From: Tubiluchus corallicola
Lineage: Eukaryota; Animalia; Priapulida
NCBI GenBank assembly: GCA_030141605.1
Contig: JAQGDQ010000388.1
Location: 1 to 64,000 of the forward strand
DNA length: 64,000 bases
Reading direction: 5' to 3'
Each line of letters starts with the position of its first letter. Within the stretch, counting starts at the first letter, position 1. Made by a program: the position numbers and the translations under genes. This document shows, piece by piece, positions 42,563-54,724 of the stretch. A model generated the notes under the pieces. That model searched no databases. It saw only the letters and a list, made by a program, of their open reading frames with translations, and was not told where the DNA came from.

Positions 42563-44136
42563 AATTACAATTACAGGAGGAATGCAATACAAACTAACGT
42601 ACAAGTGCAGCGGGCAACTGCTTGACTCAAGAACAAGTCGTTTTCACACTGAGCATTGTATGATAACTTCTTTTGGCAGGCGTAATGTGGACATTACTGG
42701 ATAAACAGTCTAACAGCTGATAAGGAGCTGTGAAAGGTTCGAAAGTTAATCTGACATGTAGTTTATAAAAGCGCAGCTGACGCTAGGGTGCGCTCACATT
42801 AATCAAATTACGACGATCGCAAAATGTAGTCCACCGCGCAAAAAAATGTGCAGAGACAACGTTATTATAATTGCACGTCGAGTAGTATCTTTAGTTGTTC
42901 GTTATCTTTTTTGTACTGGTTCTGTCACGCTACTGCTAAATTGCTTGATAAATTAACTTATAATGATGAAAAATAAAAGCAAATAATTTTGTGGAGTGGA
43001 TCACACATATTCTGCAATCCAGATATATTGAAAAATAATAGAAAAGTTGATAAAGAGATGCTGCAAAATAAGAGTGTATTCCCTTAGTGCCTGCAGATAA
43101 AAAAATTTACTTTATGCTTGGAATAGAAAGATAATTACAAATCTTTTATGCTTTTCATATTTAACCACGCTGTTGTGAACTACCTAATAGATTTACCATA
43201 GAGGCCCTTTAGTCAAAAGGAACAGGGTGAAAACAGCATGATGCTGAACGTCTGAGAAATATGACTACTGATTAGATGTAGGTTTTATCATCACCAATTT
43301 TTAGGTTGTTCGAACACTTTAGCAGACTGGACTGTGGCGCCATCTACAGGGCGAGATTGACACACACAATCACTTAACTAGTAACTAATTCGTGTTTTTT
43401 TATGGCTCGATTCCGCTTCATAAAACATGTCCCTTTCCTTCTAGAACCTGGCCTGCAGACTTGGAGGGATAATGTTTTCATCTCCCTGCACTGACGTCTT
43501 GAAAGATACAGCCTGGATTTTCTATTGCTAACACCATGCAGTACGGCTTACTGCCACAGCTTATAGGCTATCTACCGATTACCAAATTTAGAGTAGTATT
43601 AGATGAATCTTTTGAAATTAAATCTAAATATGTGCAATGAGCAATATACCTTTCCATTTTTCTATTATTTGAAAGCTTTGTGTAATAAGACGTGGCAATT
43701 TCGCTGTTTGCGTTATTAGGTCTTGCATTAAATACATTCTTCATTTGATGTGCTTCTGTTGCTTCTTTTGATTTTGTACTCCAGTGGTGCTCTTCGTTGC
43801 TCCATGCAAATCTTCATTGCAAATTCGCCAGAGCATTTCGTGACATTTCAGCTAATGACAGCAACAAAAAATGCAAAAAACGAGAGAATGTGCAAAAAGG
43901 CTTTGGCCTAAAAATAGCTAGTTGCTCACTCATATTTAAGCATTTTGTTTAACACAATTTAAAAATAATTTTAATTTCAGCAATAAGGAGTCATCGTGTA
44001 ATCACATAATGGTAGTTACTTGGTCACTTAAATTTCAATAGTTAATTTAAACAATGAAATCAACTTTAGTTGCTAACAATTTTGTTATTGCAAAATAAAC
44101 ATTTAAAAAATAAATATTATAACCTGATAAAATTAA

Positions 44137-44222
44137 GTGAGAGAAATAGGGAGAGGAGAGAAACATATATAGAGAGAAAGAGATAGAGAGAGAAAGAAAG
44201 AAATAAAGAGAGACAAAAGAGA

Positions 44223-44273
<51 letters not shown>

Positions 44274-44290
44274 GAGAGAGAGAGAAGGTA
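44137..44290. repeat. (GA)n microsatellite
   Basis: Directly visible. Confidence 0.93.
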
Positions 44291-45106
44291 CAATAAAAGA
44301 GGGAAAAATCAATATTAAAATAATAGTGGAGTGGAGCAATTTGCTGCATGTCATCACACACACTGCTTCTATGAATACATTTCTCTCTCTGCTTTCTTTT
44401 CTGCCCATTTTTTGCCTTCAAGATATTCATCCGTTGTCCAGTTAAAAACAGTTCATACTATAACCTAATCCATATTAAATTACATTACGCCATTATAATT
44501 ATTGTTGACGATGGTAATAATTATACGAGATAGTTAAGTTAACAATTAATTAAAAATTTCATTCACATTGTAATGTTAGTTACTGCATTTTAAAACTTAG
44601 TGCACTAGCATTAACATGGAATATGCAAGCGAATCACTCTGAAACATCTTTTTTTGTATACAGAAACAGAAAACCTAATGAACAAAGAATTTGACTCTTA
44701 TCATTGCTTGGTATTCCGATTTTAATTAGTAGAAGTTACTAGCTTCGCGTTAAGCGTTAGCGTTAAAAGTAAGCGTTAGATTCTAACAAACCATGTCAAA
44801 TTGTGTAAAAAATTGTCAAGTCATTTTCAGCGCATTGAGCGTTTATTTACAGATGTCATGTGCTATTTTTAGATCCGGCTGTAGTGGGGAGGAAAAGGTT
44901 TCTTTGCTGCGCTACCTATTGACGCTAAACAAATCAGTTACCCATCTATCTATATAGTCGCTTGCTAATCATCGTTGCTCAGCCAAATAGAAACATACGT
45001 ACGCAGTACGTTTGGGCCTCCATGATTCATTGTCAGCTGATAATGTGATAAAGTGAAGCGTTATTTTCAGTAGACGTCTGGAAACTTCGAGTAATATCTG
45101 CTGTCC

Positions 45107-45215
45107 TATATAAAGAGGTTGTAGTTCACTTGTAAGCAGAAGCGTAGCCGCTAATCATCGAGGAAAAGTTCTGCGAGATACTACGACAGTTTGGACTAAA
45201 AATCAAGTTAAAAAG
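45107..45215 (+). promoter_or_regulatory. SQSTM1: SQSTM1 TATA box and non-coding first exon
   Basis: TATATAAA at 45107; donor AAG|gtatgt at 45215/45216; acceptor ttacag at 45886, 26 nt before the ATG. Confidence 0.65.
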
Positions 45216-45912
45216 GTATGTAGCTATAATTAATTATTTTATTTTTAATACACGATTTTATTACCTTTTTTTAAGTTTACACATATTATAGAGAATCTAA
45301 ACGTAGATCTTATTACAAATGCAATAGATAATTACTTTTGGTGTACTGTTTAGATATTTGGGAGCATTTCGCAGAATCTTTAAGATGATTAAAATTCATA
45401 TTTGTATTGCTCCACATTCAAACCCACACTTATACTATAATAATTCGTGTGTATTCCTATATAATTTTACCTTTTGAGCTAGCACGTATGTTATGTCATG
45501 TTAAGGAAGTCATGTTAAGGAAATTATTCTTCTTAAACACACTAATTATCATTTTGTTTTTCAAAATTCAATGTAACCATGTGTAGCTAGAATCAATACA
45601 TTTTTTCACATATTTAAGCTAATGTATGCAGATTAAAATACAAAGGAAATTTAATGATTTTAAGAGATGCTTTACTGAGTTGTTTCTCTCCAAAAATCGT
45701 GTCTTTAATCTGTTTTTCTTTTACCCATGTACACAAACCCATGTCTGCAGGTTCCGTATATCTAGAGGTGTTATTAATAAAAACAGATGATTAATTCAAA
45801 CTACACATCTTTCTAAAATGTTCCACTTGCTATAAAAGACATGATTTGTCATTGTTTACATAACTTCTGTTCATTTTTAATTACAGAAGTACAAAGTTCT
45901 GAGACGATAACA

Positions 45913-47112
45913 ATGGCAATTACCGTGAAGATCTATTTAGCCATAAATGGAGGGAAAGAAGAAATTCGACGATTGAATTTGGATCAACGTCAAACAGGCT
46001 ATTTTCAGCTGTATGAGAGAATTCAGCAACTGTTTCCTAGTCTGAATGGCCGCAGCGACTTTACTCTGTCATGGAAAGACCCAGAGGGTGAGCGGATCTC
46101 TTTTTCAAGTGACACTGAACTTCAGGAGGCCATCAGTTGCATTGGTGTAACGGATTCCATTCTCCGTATTTTTATCACTCTGCCAGAGGATTCTGCCAAC
46201 CTCCCTCTCCATACTGGTGTCGTCTGCGACAAATGTGAAGGCGCAGTGAAGGGCACTCGCTACAAGTGTATGCAGTGCCCCGACTTCGACCTCTGCCAGG
46301 CGTGCGAGAAAGAGGGCGTCCATTCTGAGCATGACATGATGCGTATCTGCACTCCCAGAGCTCGCCACGGACCACATGTCCCATGGGGCAACTTCATGCC
46401 ACCACAATGGATGAGAGAGTGGATGCGATCCGCACGTGGGAGTAGACACGGCGGACGTGGCTGCCATGGAGCACGTAGCCGATATGGCGAACAAGGCCAG
46501 CAGGCAGACAAGGGTGCAGAAAAGCAGCCGAATTCACATGAGGATTTCCTCCGCAACATTGGCGAGAATGTGGCTGCAATGCTGGATCCACTTGGAATCA
46601 GTGTTGATGTGGACGTGGAGCACAACGGTGAACGGATGCACTGTGGGGCAGATGTCAACACTTGCAAGAGCAAAAAGCAGCAGGATGAAGCAAATCCACA
46701 AGCAGGAGCCCAACCGGATGTAACGGCCACTGCAGAGAAGCCAACTGACACCGCAGATGCACCCAAAACAACTGATGAGCCCATGCAGATGGATAAAGAT
46801 GCGGGTGCAGACAACGGATGGACCCACGTAATTCCATCAGAGCTGATGCAGAGTAACGAGTCGAGTCAACCCACCAATTCCATCGGATCGAACCAAGCTT
46901 CAGCTCCCCAGAGTCTGTATCCAGACATGACCCAGCAAGCAAATCATCCACACCCACCGCGTCCCATGGATCCAGTGATTGCCAATGCGCTTCACCAAAT
47001 GGAGTCCATGGGATTCGACAATGATGGAGGCTGGCTACAGAGTCTTCTGGAAGCAAAAAATGGGGACATTAATGCTGTATTTGATGCTATGCAGCGCCAG
47101 CGTCCCAACTAG
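45913..47112 (+). CDS. SQSTM1: Sequestosome-1 / p62 autophagy receptor (399 aa, single coding exon)
   Basis: PB1 (TVKIYL, EIRR, WKDPEGERISFSSDTEL), ZZ finger (CDKCEG...YKCMQCPDFDLCQACE...H..H), FLRNIGENVAAMLDPLGISVDVDVEH, LIR DNGWTHV, UBA MESMGFDNDGGWL. Confidence 0.97.
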   Translation: MAITVKIYLAINGGKEEIRRLNLDQRQTGYFQLYERIQQLFPSLNGRSDFTLSWKDPEGERISFSSDTELQEAISCIGVTDSILRIFITLPEDSANLPLHTGVVCDKCEGAVKGTRYKCMQCPDFDLCQACEKEGVHSEHDMMRICTPRARHGPHVPWGNFMPPQWMREWMRSARGSRHGGRGCHGARSRYGEQGQQADKGAEKQPNSHEDFLRNIGENVAAMLDPLGISVDVDVEHNGERMHCGADVNTCKSKKQQDEANPQAGAQPDVTATAEKPTDTADAPKTTDEPMQMDKDAGADNGWTHVIPSELMQSNESSQPTNSIGSNQASAPQSLYPDMTQQANHPHPPRPMDPVIANALHQMESMGFDNDGGWLQSLLEAKNGDINAVFDAMQRQRPN

Positions 47113-49935
47113 AAGTGGTCACTACAATTATTATCAAGTAGAATTAATATCATATTAGGTGTAGGGATGAAATATTATATTTATATGTATGTCTAACTTT
47201 ATTAGTAATAACCAAGATGATTTTCTGTTTTTATTGATAATAATCAAATGTTATTTTTGTTTTAAACTATGGATTTGATATATTTTCTGTTTTGGAGAAT
47301 ACTGCATCCTTGGTAAATTCTCTTAATTTCAACATAATTTGTTATTAAGCAATTTAAGAGGCGAGTTGAATTGTGTCAGCAAATCTTCATCTTGAAACCT
47401 TGATGAGAATTACAAAACAAACATTGCAAATGAAGTTTTGTGACAGTGTTGTTAAAGCTGTTTAATGCTTGATGTTTCGATTGTCATGATTTTAATCTAA
47501 ATCCAGCAAACTGTAATTATATGTATTGCAGTTATCAATGTTTATTATCTGTCTTTGCCTTTTGTTGAAGTGTTGTGTCAGTTTTATCCTAAGTTGTAGC
47601 TAAATTAAAATATAATTACTAGTCTTACTACACAATTTTATTCATGTGTATGCACAAAATATCAATACGGTATATTGGTATATCGCAAACAATGTATGGA
47701 GTGAGAAAAAATGTGAAAGTTAGTAAAAATATCTGTTAATGGTTTTATTTTTTGGCCCATTGTTGGTTGGTACAAGAGCTATTATTATCGAACATTGTAT
47801 TTTTTCTACTGTACTGCATGACCGAAATAATAATCTCTATAGCATAATGCTCACGGCTTTTGAAGTGCATTAATCAATAGTTTTCACCATGTTCGGATAT
47901 GTTGCTGAATCTAATCGCAAGGTCTTTGCCTTGATTCAGATTTCGATAAACTCAGAATTTTTCAGTATTCTTATTCTTCAACTCATTAGCCATTACGTTA
48001 ATGGTTTAACATAAACTGTCAAATCATTATCACAGCCAAAATCCATTCGACCTGGTTCTGAAATATTTTCAATTGGAGAATTACTTATGACTATAACACA
48101 TACCAATAAATAATGAAAACTACTCATAATAACAATTGTACAGGTCTAAGATCTAGCAGGCTTGTTGTGATTAGCTGTCAGATGCTGTCAATACTATAAA
48201 AAGCAATTGCTTTTAAAGCAAACTAACTCCTGTTTAACTTAATCAAATGCGCTAATTAAAGTACATGATAAACTAAAACCGATTATGCAGTAAGTGCGGT
48301 GCAGTCTGTTGACTTTTCAAAAAAGAAAAACATAAGCTAGTGCCAATTTTAAACAATGAGAAAATATATACTTTTATTCAAACAGGCACAAAAGTATGCA
48401 ATAGAAAACATATACACAACAACTTTAGAAGTATGCATCAAAACTCGGATACAAAGATGTTTAAGGTAACTGGTAAGCGACACATTGCACACAGTGACAA
48501 CAGCGTCATGATAATATATCAATAATGGCATAATATTTTTCTCAAAATGAGTGTAACCAACTTCAATAGCGAGTAATAAAAACAAATGTCATTTTACAAT
48601 GCTGCAGAGCTTTTTGCTGACATCTGCATTGGAAGAGAGGGAGTTCCATTACCATCATCATCAACTACGTTACTCATTCAAAAAGAAATGCTGTTAGGCG
48701 ACTGCTGTCACTTTTCCTAAAACCTGCAAAATCGAACTGTCCAACAAACGCCTCATGTGAACACTAAAGACTCACAGACATAGCATCGTTACTATTCGAA
48801 TGAATCATTTTCTGCTTTTGGAAAGAGAGCGATTTGCACAATTTGCAACTTTTGCGTGACACCAGTGGCGGTTAGTGATTCGCTCGCATAGTTTCCAATT
48901 CACAGCCATGTCACGCATCGCGTTTTCCTTATTTCAACAACGAGAATAAATTCCATTCTCAAAGTGAAATAGGATCTGGAGATATCTGCAAGTAGTAAAA
49001 ACCAGTAGCAACAAGATATTAAAATGCTGTTGGTTTGTGATTGATTGAATATTTTTCTCACGTTTGTCACTAATATATCAGGTGGTGCAGAAAAAATGTG
49101 CCGTGGTTTAGACTACAATAATATTAGAAGAGGGTTGAAATTTCACAGCATGACGACATTACAATATACAGTATTAACTTATGGTTGTGAAATTTACAAG
49201 TTTATAGGTTTAGTGGTTTTTAAGGTATGACCAAAAAGCTTTTGCATGTTAACAAATTAAATGCTGGAACAATGTCAGCTAATCCTCAACTGAAAAACAG
49301 CCACATTCAATGTGCATTGACCCAACAAAGCCATTTGATGCAGGGGAACAAAAGACAAAATTTGTTGGTGCTAGGACCCGACATCCCTTATAAAGAAGTG
49401 TCAGCTGTTGGAAGAAACACATTAATCTAGTGTGCACAGAAAATGGTGGACACATAGAGCACTTGTTGTAAAGTTTAGCAATAGCAACACAGTTTTTTCA
49501 ACTTTTTTTTGATCTGTTGCTTGAAAACTTGTGTGTCTTTGGAAAAATCTATGAGAATTTTTGACGTGTAACATCTCTGTCACAAGTTTCCAGCGATTTC
49601 CTATTTTCATTAAATAATATCGTGCTCGAAACTTCGTCACATTTTTTTCGCGCCACCTGATAGATTTGATTACACTTTAGCAAAGGAACCAAGAGGCAAA
49701 TAATATGCTCTATCAAATACACAACAAAATTACATGCATGCTCATGCGAATTAACTTCAATGTTGCTGCAGTCAATATCACAAACAGAATTCGAGAATTC
49801 ATCAATGTACCAAAACACATGGCTTAAAACATTATTTTGAAATAAAGGCTTGAAACATCCTGCTCGTTAATTCAAAAACAATAAAATAATTAGTGTAAAG
49901 GACATTGCTGTGTGATCAATTAGCAAATTTGCCTA

Positions 49936-49995
49936 CGAAGTTAAGCAGCACCAGGCGAGACTAGGAAATGGATGGGTTTCTGGGTAGCTGCCAGA
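49936..49995 (+). mobile_element. 5S rRNA-derived SINE head remnant
   Basis: CGAAGTTAAGCAG...AGGCG..ACTAG.A..TGGATGGG resembles the 5S internal promoter (A and C boxes); rest of 5S absent. Confidence 0.5.
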
Positions 49996-51972
49996 AAAAT
50001 TGCTTACAAGTAATTTTTTATCTGCTATGCTACCCTTGGTTATGTGTCATCGGGGGAACATGTACATGTACACTCAGGACATAGCTGAGACAAATCTACT
50101 GTTTTTAGAGTCTAATCCTGGAGAGTTAGCCATGATAATTTGCTAACAAGATTCCTGTCCAGCTACAACCATTCAATATTAGTAACAATCGCTAATAAAC
50201 GTATATAAACAGCATACTTGATGTATTCTAAAGGCACAACGTTCTCCTCTATAGTTACTGAATAAAGTCAGTGCAAACCAGACTTTCCGTAAAGCACTAA
50301 AAAATAAAACAAATAATCGAGAAAACTAATAAATAATTTAGCTCAAGTGAAAGAAACATTGCACGTTTTAGCACATTTAGGGTGAAGAAAATAGTTGAGT
50401 GATCACAGTGTGAGAGCTTAGCAACAAAAGTTAAGCAACAATAGGCAGTTCAACTCGGCTCAATCCGGCAATTTGAACGGTTCGTCCCAATCATTATATA
50501 TACAGCTCAGCACAGTTAAGATTTCTGTACTAGTCTTCTCATTCTGAATGATTAATAGCTAGATGGTGGTGATTCCCGGCATTAAACACTGAATTCAGGC
50601 TTGCATGTGCCAAACTGCATATAAAAACCTAGTAATGTGTTAACAACATGTGAAAAACCTACCTGTGTATCAAACTGTATGCAAAGAAACCTACCTAGTG
50701 GGCACTTGTAAAACCCCCAATAACTTATCTTCTATGTAACTTAATATTTTAACATCGATGGCAGCACCTACCTAGAAAATACACATAGTAGAAAATAATT
50801 ATTAGTACACTACAACAAGGCTACTATACAGAAAATACAAACAATTTTTGCTTCTAGAAAGTAAACCGTTTCTCCTCTAGCTAAAATTACTTCAAATTAA
50901 ATAAAGATAAGCTCTGTGCGACTGAAAAGAACTGATAAAAGACTTCCGTATTAAATTTGAGAACAAAACGCTTGCAGATTATAAAAGTAAAAGAAAAAAA
51001 CACAAGATCACGAAATCATAACTTTAGTGAGAATTTGGTAAAAGGCTGTTATGTCGACAACAACAGACTTGGATTGTTTTAGCTCACTACATTGGCCTGT
51101 TTGACCTAAATGACTATGTGCACGGTGCTTACATTTGTACACGGCACCATACATACAATTATGATCTTCATGAATCACGGCACCTTAACAAAGTAAATTG
51201 CCAAATATATAATTTTGTAGGTGTGTAACAGCCGACAAGGTACAAAGTTTGGTACAAAAATTAAATGCTTAATATGATCACACATGGCCTGCATGTATGA
51301 ATGATAATGACACAGAAAGCCTAGAATCATGTAACGTAAAAAAATAATAATTACAGCATATAGAATATGAACACAAAAAGGCATGACATTTCATAGTGGC
51401 AGATAAACAATACGTGAAAACAACTAAAAAACATCAGACCAAGCAGCTACCCTCTGAAAATTTTTTCACACTGGCACAAGTTACTGCAGTTGTTAGCACT
51501 TACATCGCCAAACATTTCTCTTATGACTGCCGATATCAACATGCTGAACCGCATTTCAGTAATGCTAACTGAAACATCTTCTTCAAAAGTTCTGGTACAA
51601 AACAAAAGAAACATTTATTTTATAATAGCTAGTGCGTTCATTCACTGTAAACAATCAACACATTTTTATTAAACACCAGTAATTAGATTAGAAAAATCTT
51701 TGTTTCACCGAATGGTTCATGAAACGATACATATAAACTTGATGATAGAGATATCCAACTGCAAGAGCATACAGCGTAATACTCACAGTGACGTGGTGAT
51801 GTAATGATGCTCGTAAGATTTTTTAATAACTAACTGGCACATTGTTGGAAAGAAACTGTGGTGTTCATTCGATATTAAAGAACAAGTTGAATTACATCAC
51901 AGCTAGGACTCTCGTCACAGATTTCACGTGTACAACAGGGCTGACATCTTGCAATGAGTGACGTCTCGAACG

Positions 51973-53090
51973 TAGAGTTGCCAGGTTTTAGTTCGAAATT
52001 CGATAAATTGCCAAGCTCAGATAAAGCTCTCATTCACAAAATCTCCACTTACTAGAGGATTACATCAAACACTAACATCTGGCAAGAAGCAAACAGGATA
52101 ACGGCTGATCACATATTTGAATGTTCCGAAGAAAGATTTATTAAATACTTTACCTGGACCACGTGACTTAAAAAACGTTGAATGGCATAACGGCAGTAAA
52201 CCGGGGAACATGCATCAATTTATGGGCAGTGCTGTGTTGCATAACGGAAGCACCTAAGATGATGAAAGCTTTCACTCACCCTGGTCTCACTATGCCCGCA
52301 AAAAACGTTAAACCCAGGAGTCAGTAAACTTATGTAACAAAAATTTCTTGATTATAGATAGTTTAATAAAAAGCATTGTGCTTGAGGTTTTATATAATTT
52401 ACAGAGTACAGATAACAAAGTTAAGTAAAGTCATTAAATAATTAAGTGCACAAGATTATAAAGACACATAAAACGGGATTTTGATGTACGTTTCACGCTA
52501 GACAACATTGCTTGGTATAATATTCATTTCTTCACTTTTGTTGATCCATTAATGATTCTAACTAAATCAGAATCTCTCGTGAAAACAATCATTAATATAA
52601 CACAATAAATTGGTGCTAATGCATATACAGCCACATTTTAACTTTGTAGGATTGTATACAAACATTTCCCCCTAATCAACAAACATAAAACCAAGGATAA
52701 TTATATGAATCCTACATTGTGGCAAATGAAGCCAAAGTTTAGTTTAGTTTATATTCCACATTTAAAGTAGTCTAGTTATAAAAACTTTCATAAAGCAATA
52801 AAAATACAGTACAACATCTGCGTAGCTCGCCAATGTACGTAGTTGGAACTTATTAAGATATACAGGAAGGCTCAGATGTAGAACATATCTACTCAAGCAC
52901 AAGCATGTGTCTATCGAATTTAAGAAACCATGTAAACGAACATGTTCAAGTCTTTTACGAAAATTACTTAACATTCGTATTAACAGTGCTTAACAAAGCA
53001 GTTTCCCTGCAATGGTTCATAGCTAGCAATTTACAAAGTGTTGTCAAAACAGTGTAAAAATACTACGTACTAAACTACATCATCATAATT

Positions 53091-53147
<57 letters not shown>

Positions 53148-53757
53148 ATTTTACTTTTTACTCATGTGTACCGAGCATTGATATTCATGAAAGCTAAATT
53201 AATTTCTGATGGCATTCATGGCGGTATAAAACTATTTTCACACATCTTGTTATACAATCAAAGTAACTTCTGCATTAAATTCTGTGTGCTATTGCATAAT
53301 TTCATACACGTATACAGTTTGGACTGCGATAAACATTGCCGCTAACAGCTTATATATAGTCCAAATTTCGGAGATAATATATAGTCCAAATTTCGGAGAA
53401 GTAAGATACCTCTGCGTTGTAATGGTTACTGGTCAGCATGCATATAACTGCATGGAAAGCAGATGGCCTTGGGTTCAAGTCGCAGTTGAAATGTGATTCT
53501 GATTCTGGCGGAATAATCAACCAACGTACTCCAGACAGAAACAGTGCAATATAAAATATGGTGATACATGCATATATTGGAATAAAAAAGTTGAAACAGT
53601 TTGACTTGGTTGTGGACTTGGACTTATAAAACAATTATGACTATATGTATAATTATAGAGATGTATATGTTGTGGAGTCACATCAACCACTAAATTTTTG
53701 AAAATTCGCTACATTTGGCGCCAAAATCCGGCCAAATACGCCAACCTGGCAACTCTG
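51973..53757. mobile_element. Candidate non-autonomous DNA transposon bounded by 15-bp inverted termini
   Basis: TAGAGTTGCCAGGTT (51973) vs AACCTGGCAACTCTG (ends 53757), 14/15 complementary; no TSD seen. Confidence 0.4.
53093..53138. repeat. (TA)n microsatellite
   Basis: Directly visible. Confidence 0.93.
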
Positions 53758-53799
53758 TGGCGCGAGAGTCGTTACATCCGGGCCTCCCAAAGTTTAAGC

Positions 53800-54724
53800 A
53801 TGGCGTCGCATTTAATGAGTGATGTAGAACTGAGACGAAATTTAAAAGCGTTTGGCGTAAACGTCGGTCCAATTACAGACTCTACAAGAGCAGTTTACTT
53901 GAAAAAACTAAGCAAATTGCAGAGTGAGACGCCGACAAACTCAGAAGTTTCGCCAGGAAAAGTCACGCCATCACGAAAATTGATAGGTTTCAGTTCAGAT
54001 GAGTCCGATCCAGACAGTACAGTTAATTTAAAAGATAGCAAAACTCGGCGCAGAAAAACAGCTCGTTCGTCTGTAGAGAACAGTGACAAAAGTGTTGGCA
54101 AGCGACACACGAGGGCTTCTTTACCAAATCTGGTAAATGCATTTAAAAAACCCGAAGACGTTTCTTCGTCATCTGGCAAAACTCGGCTTAAATATGGCTT
54201 GAATCTAGCCAGGTCAGAAATAGGCAGATCAGTGCGTACAAAAGATTTTGAATCATCCGACACAGACGATGATCGGAATTCGAGCTTTCCGTCTCGCAGT
54301 CGTTCACCCCCGATTTCTAAATCAAGTGAAAGTGGTAAGCGCGATTCGCCACCAAAAAGTATTCTCTCCCGAACATTTACTCGCAGCGTGCCAAGCTACC
54401 CACGTAGCAGCACACCTATTGAGCAGCCGTCTTCACACATGGATAGCACATATGATTCAGTGGCTCCCATGAAAGATTCAATTTTGAATCATACATCTAG
54501 CATTTACCGTCGTCATCTTGAAAAGCTGGATGCACAGCGAAAGCTCGAGGCAGAATTTCCCACTGAGGAGGTGCCTTCACGCTCATATATGACCAACATT
54601 TCTTACGTAATTGTCTTTGTTACCGGACTTTTCTTTGTAGCTTTAGCACTGATGTATTTGGTAGCAGTGCAACATGACAAACTTGTTGGCTTTCACAATG
54701 TTGCTTCTCTCAATGTATCTTCAG
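53800..54724 (+). CDS. LEMD3: MAN1 exon 1 (LEM domain, TM1)
   Basis: ATG 53800; donor G|gtaaaa. Confidence 0.93.

Noticed and set aside
45841-45912. N-terminal extension of p62 in the ORF track
   Set aside because: Runs through a polypyrimidine tract and acceptor (45886); PB1 homology starts at Met 45913.
46105-47056. Several antisense ORFs over p62
   Set aside because: By-products of a GC-richer coding strand.
49936-49995. Functional 5S rRNA gene
   Set aside because: Only a diverged internal ~50 nt resembles 5S.
47600-53600. Hidden minus-strand coding gene between p62 and MAN1
   Set aside because: Splice-like motifs exist (e.g. near 48724, 50670, 52153) but the segment I translated (about 52155-52253) has stops in all frames and no ORF shows known motifs; a lncRNA cannot be excluded.
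53698-53799. N-terminal extension of MAN1
   Set aside because: Starts at TTG; the first ATG (53800) directly precedes the LEM domain.
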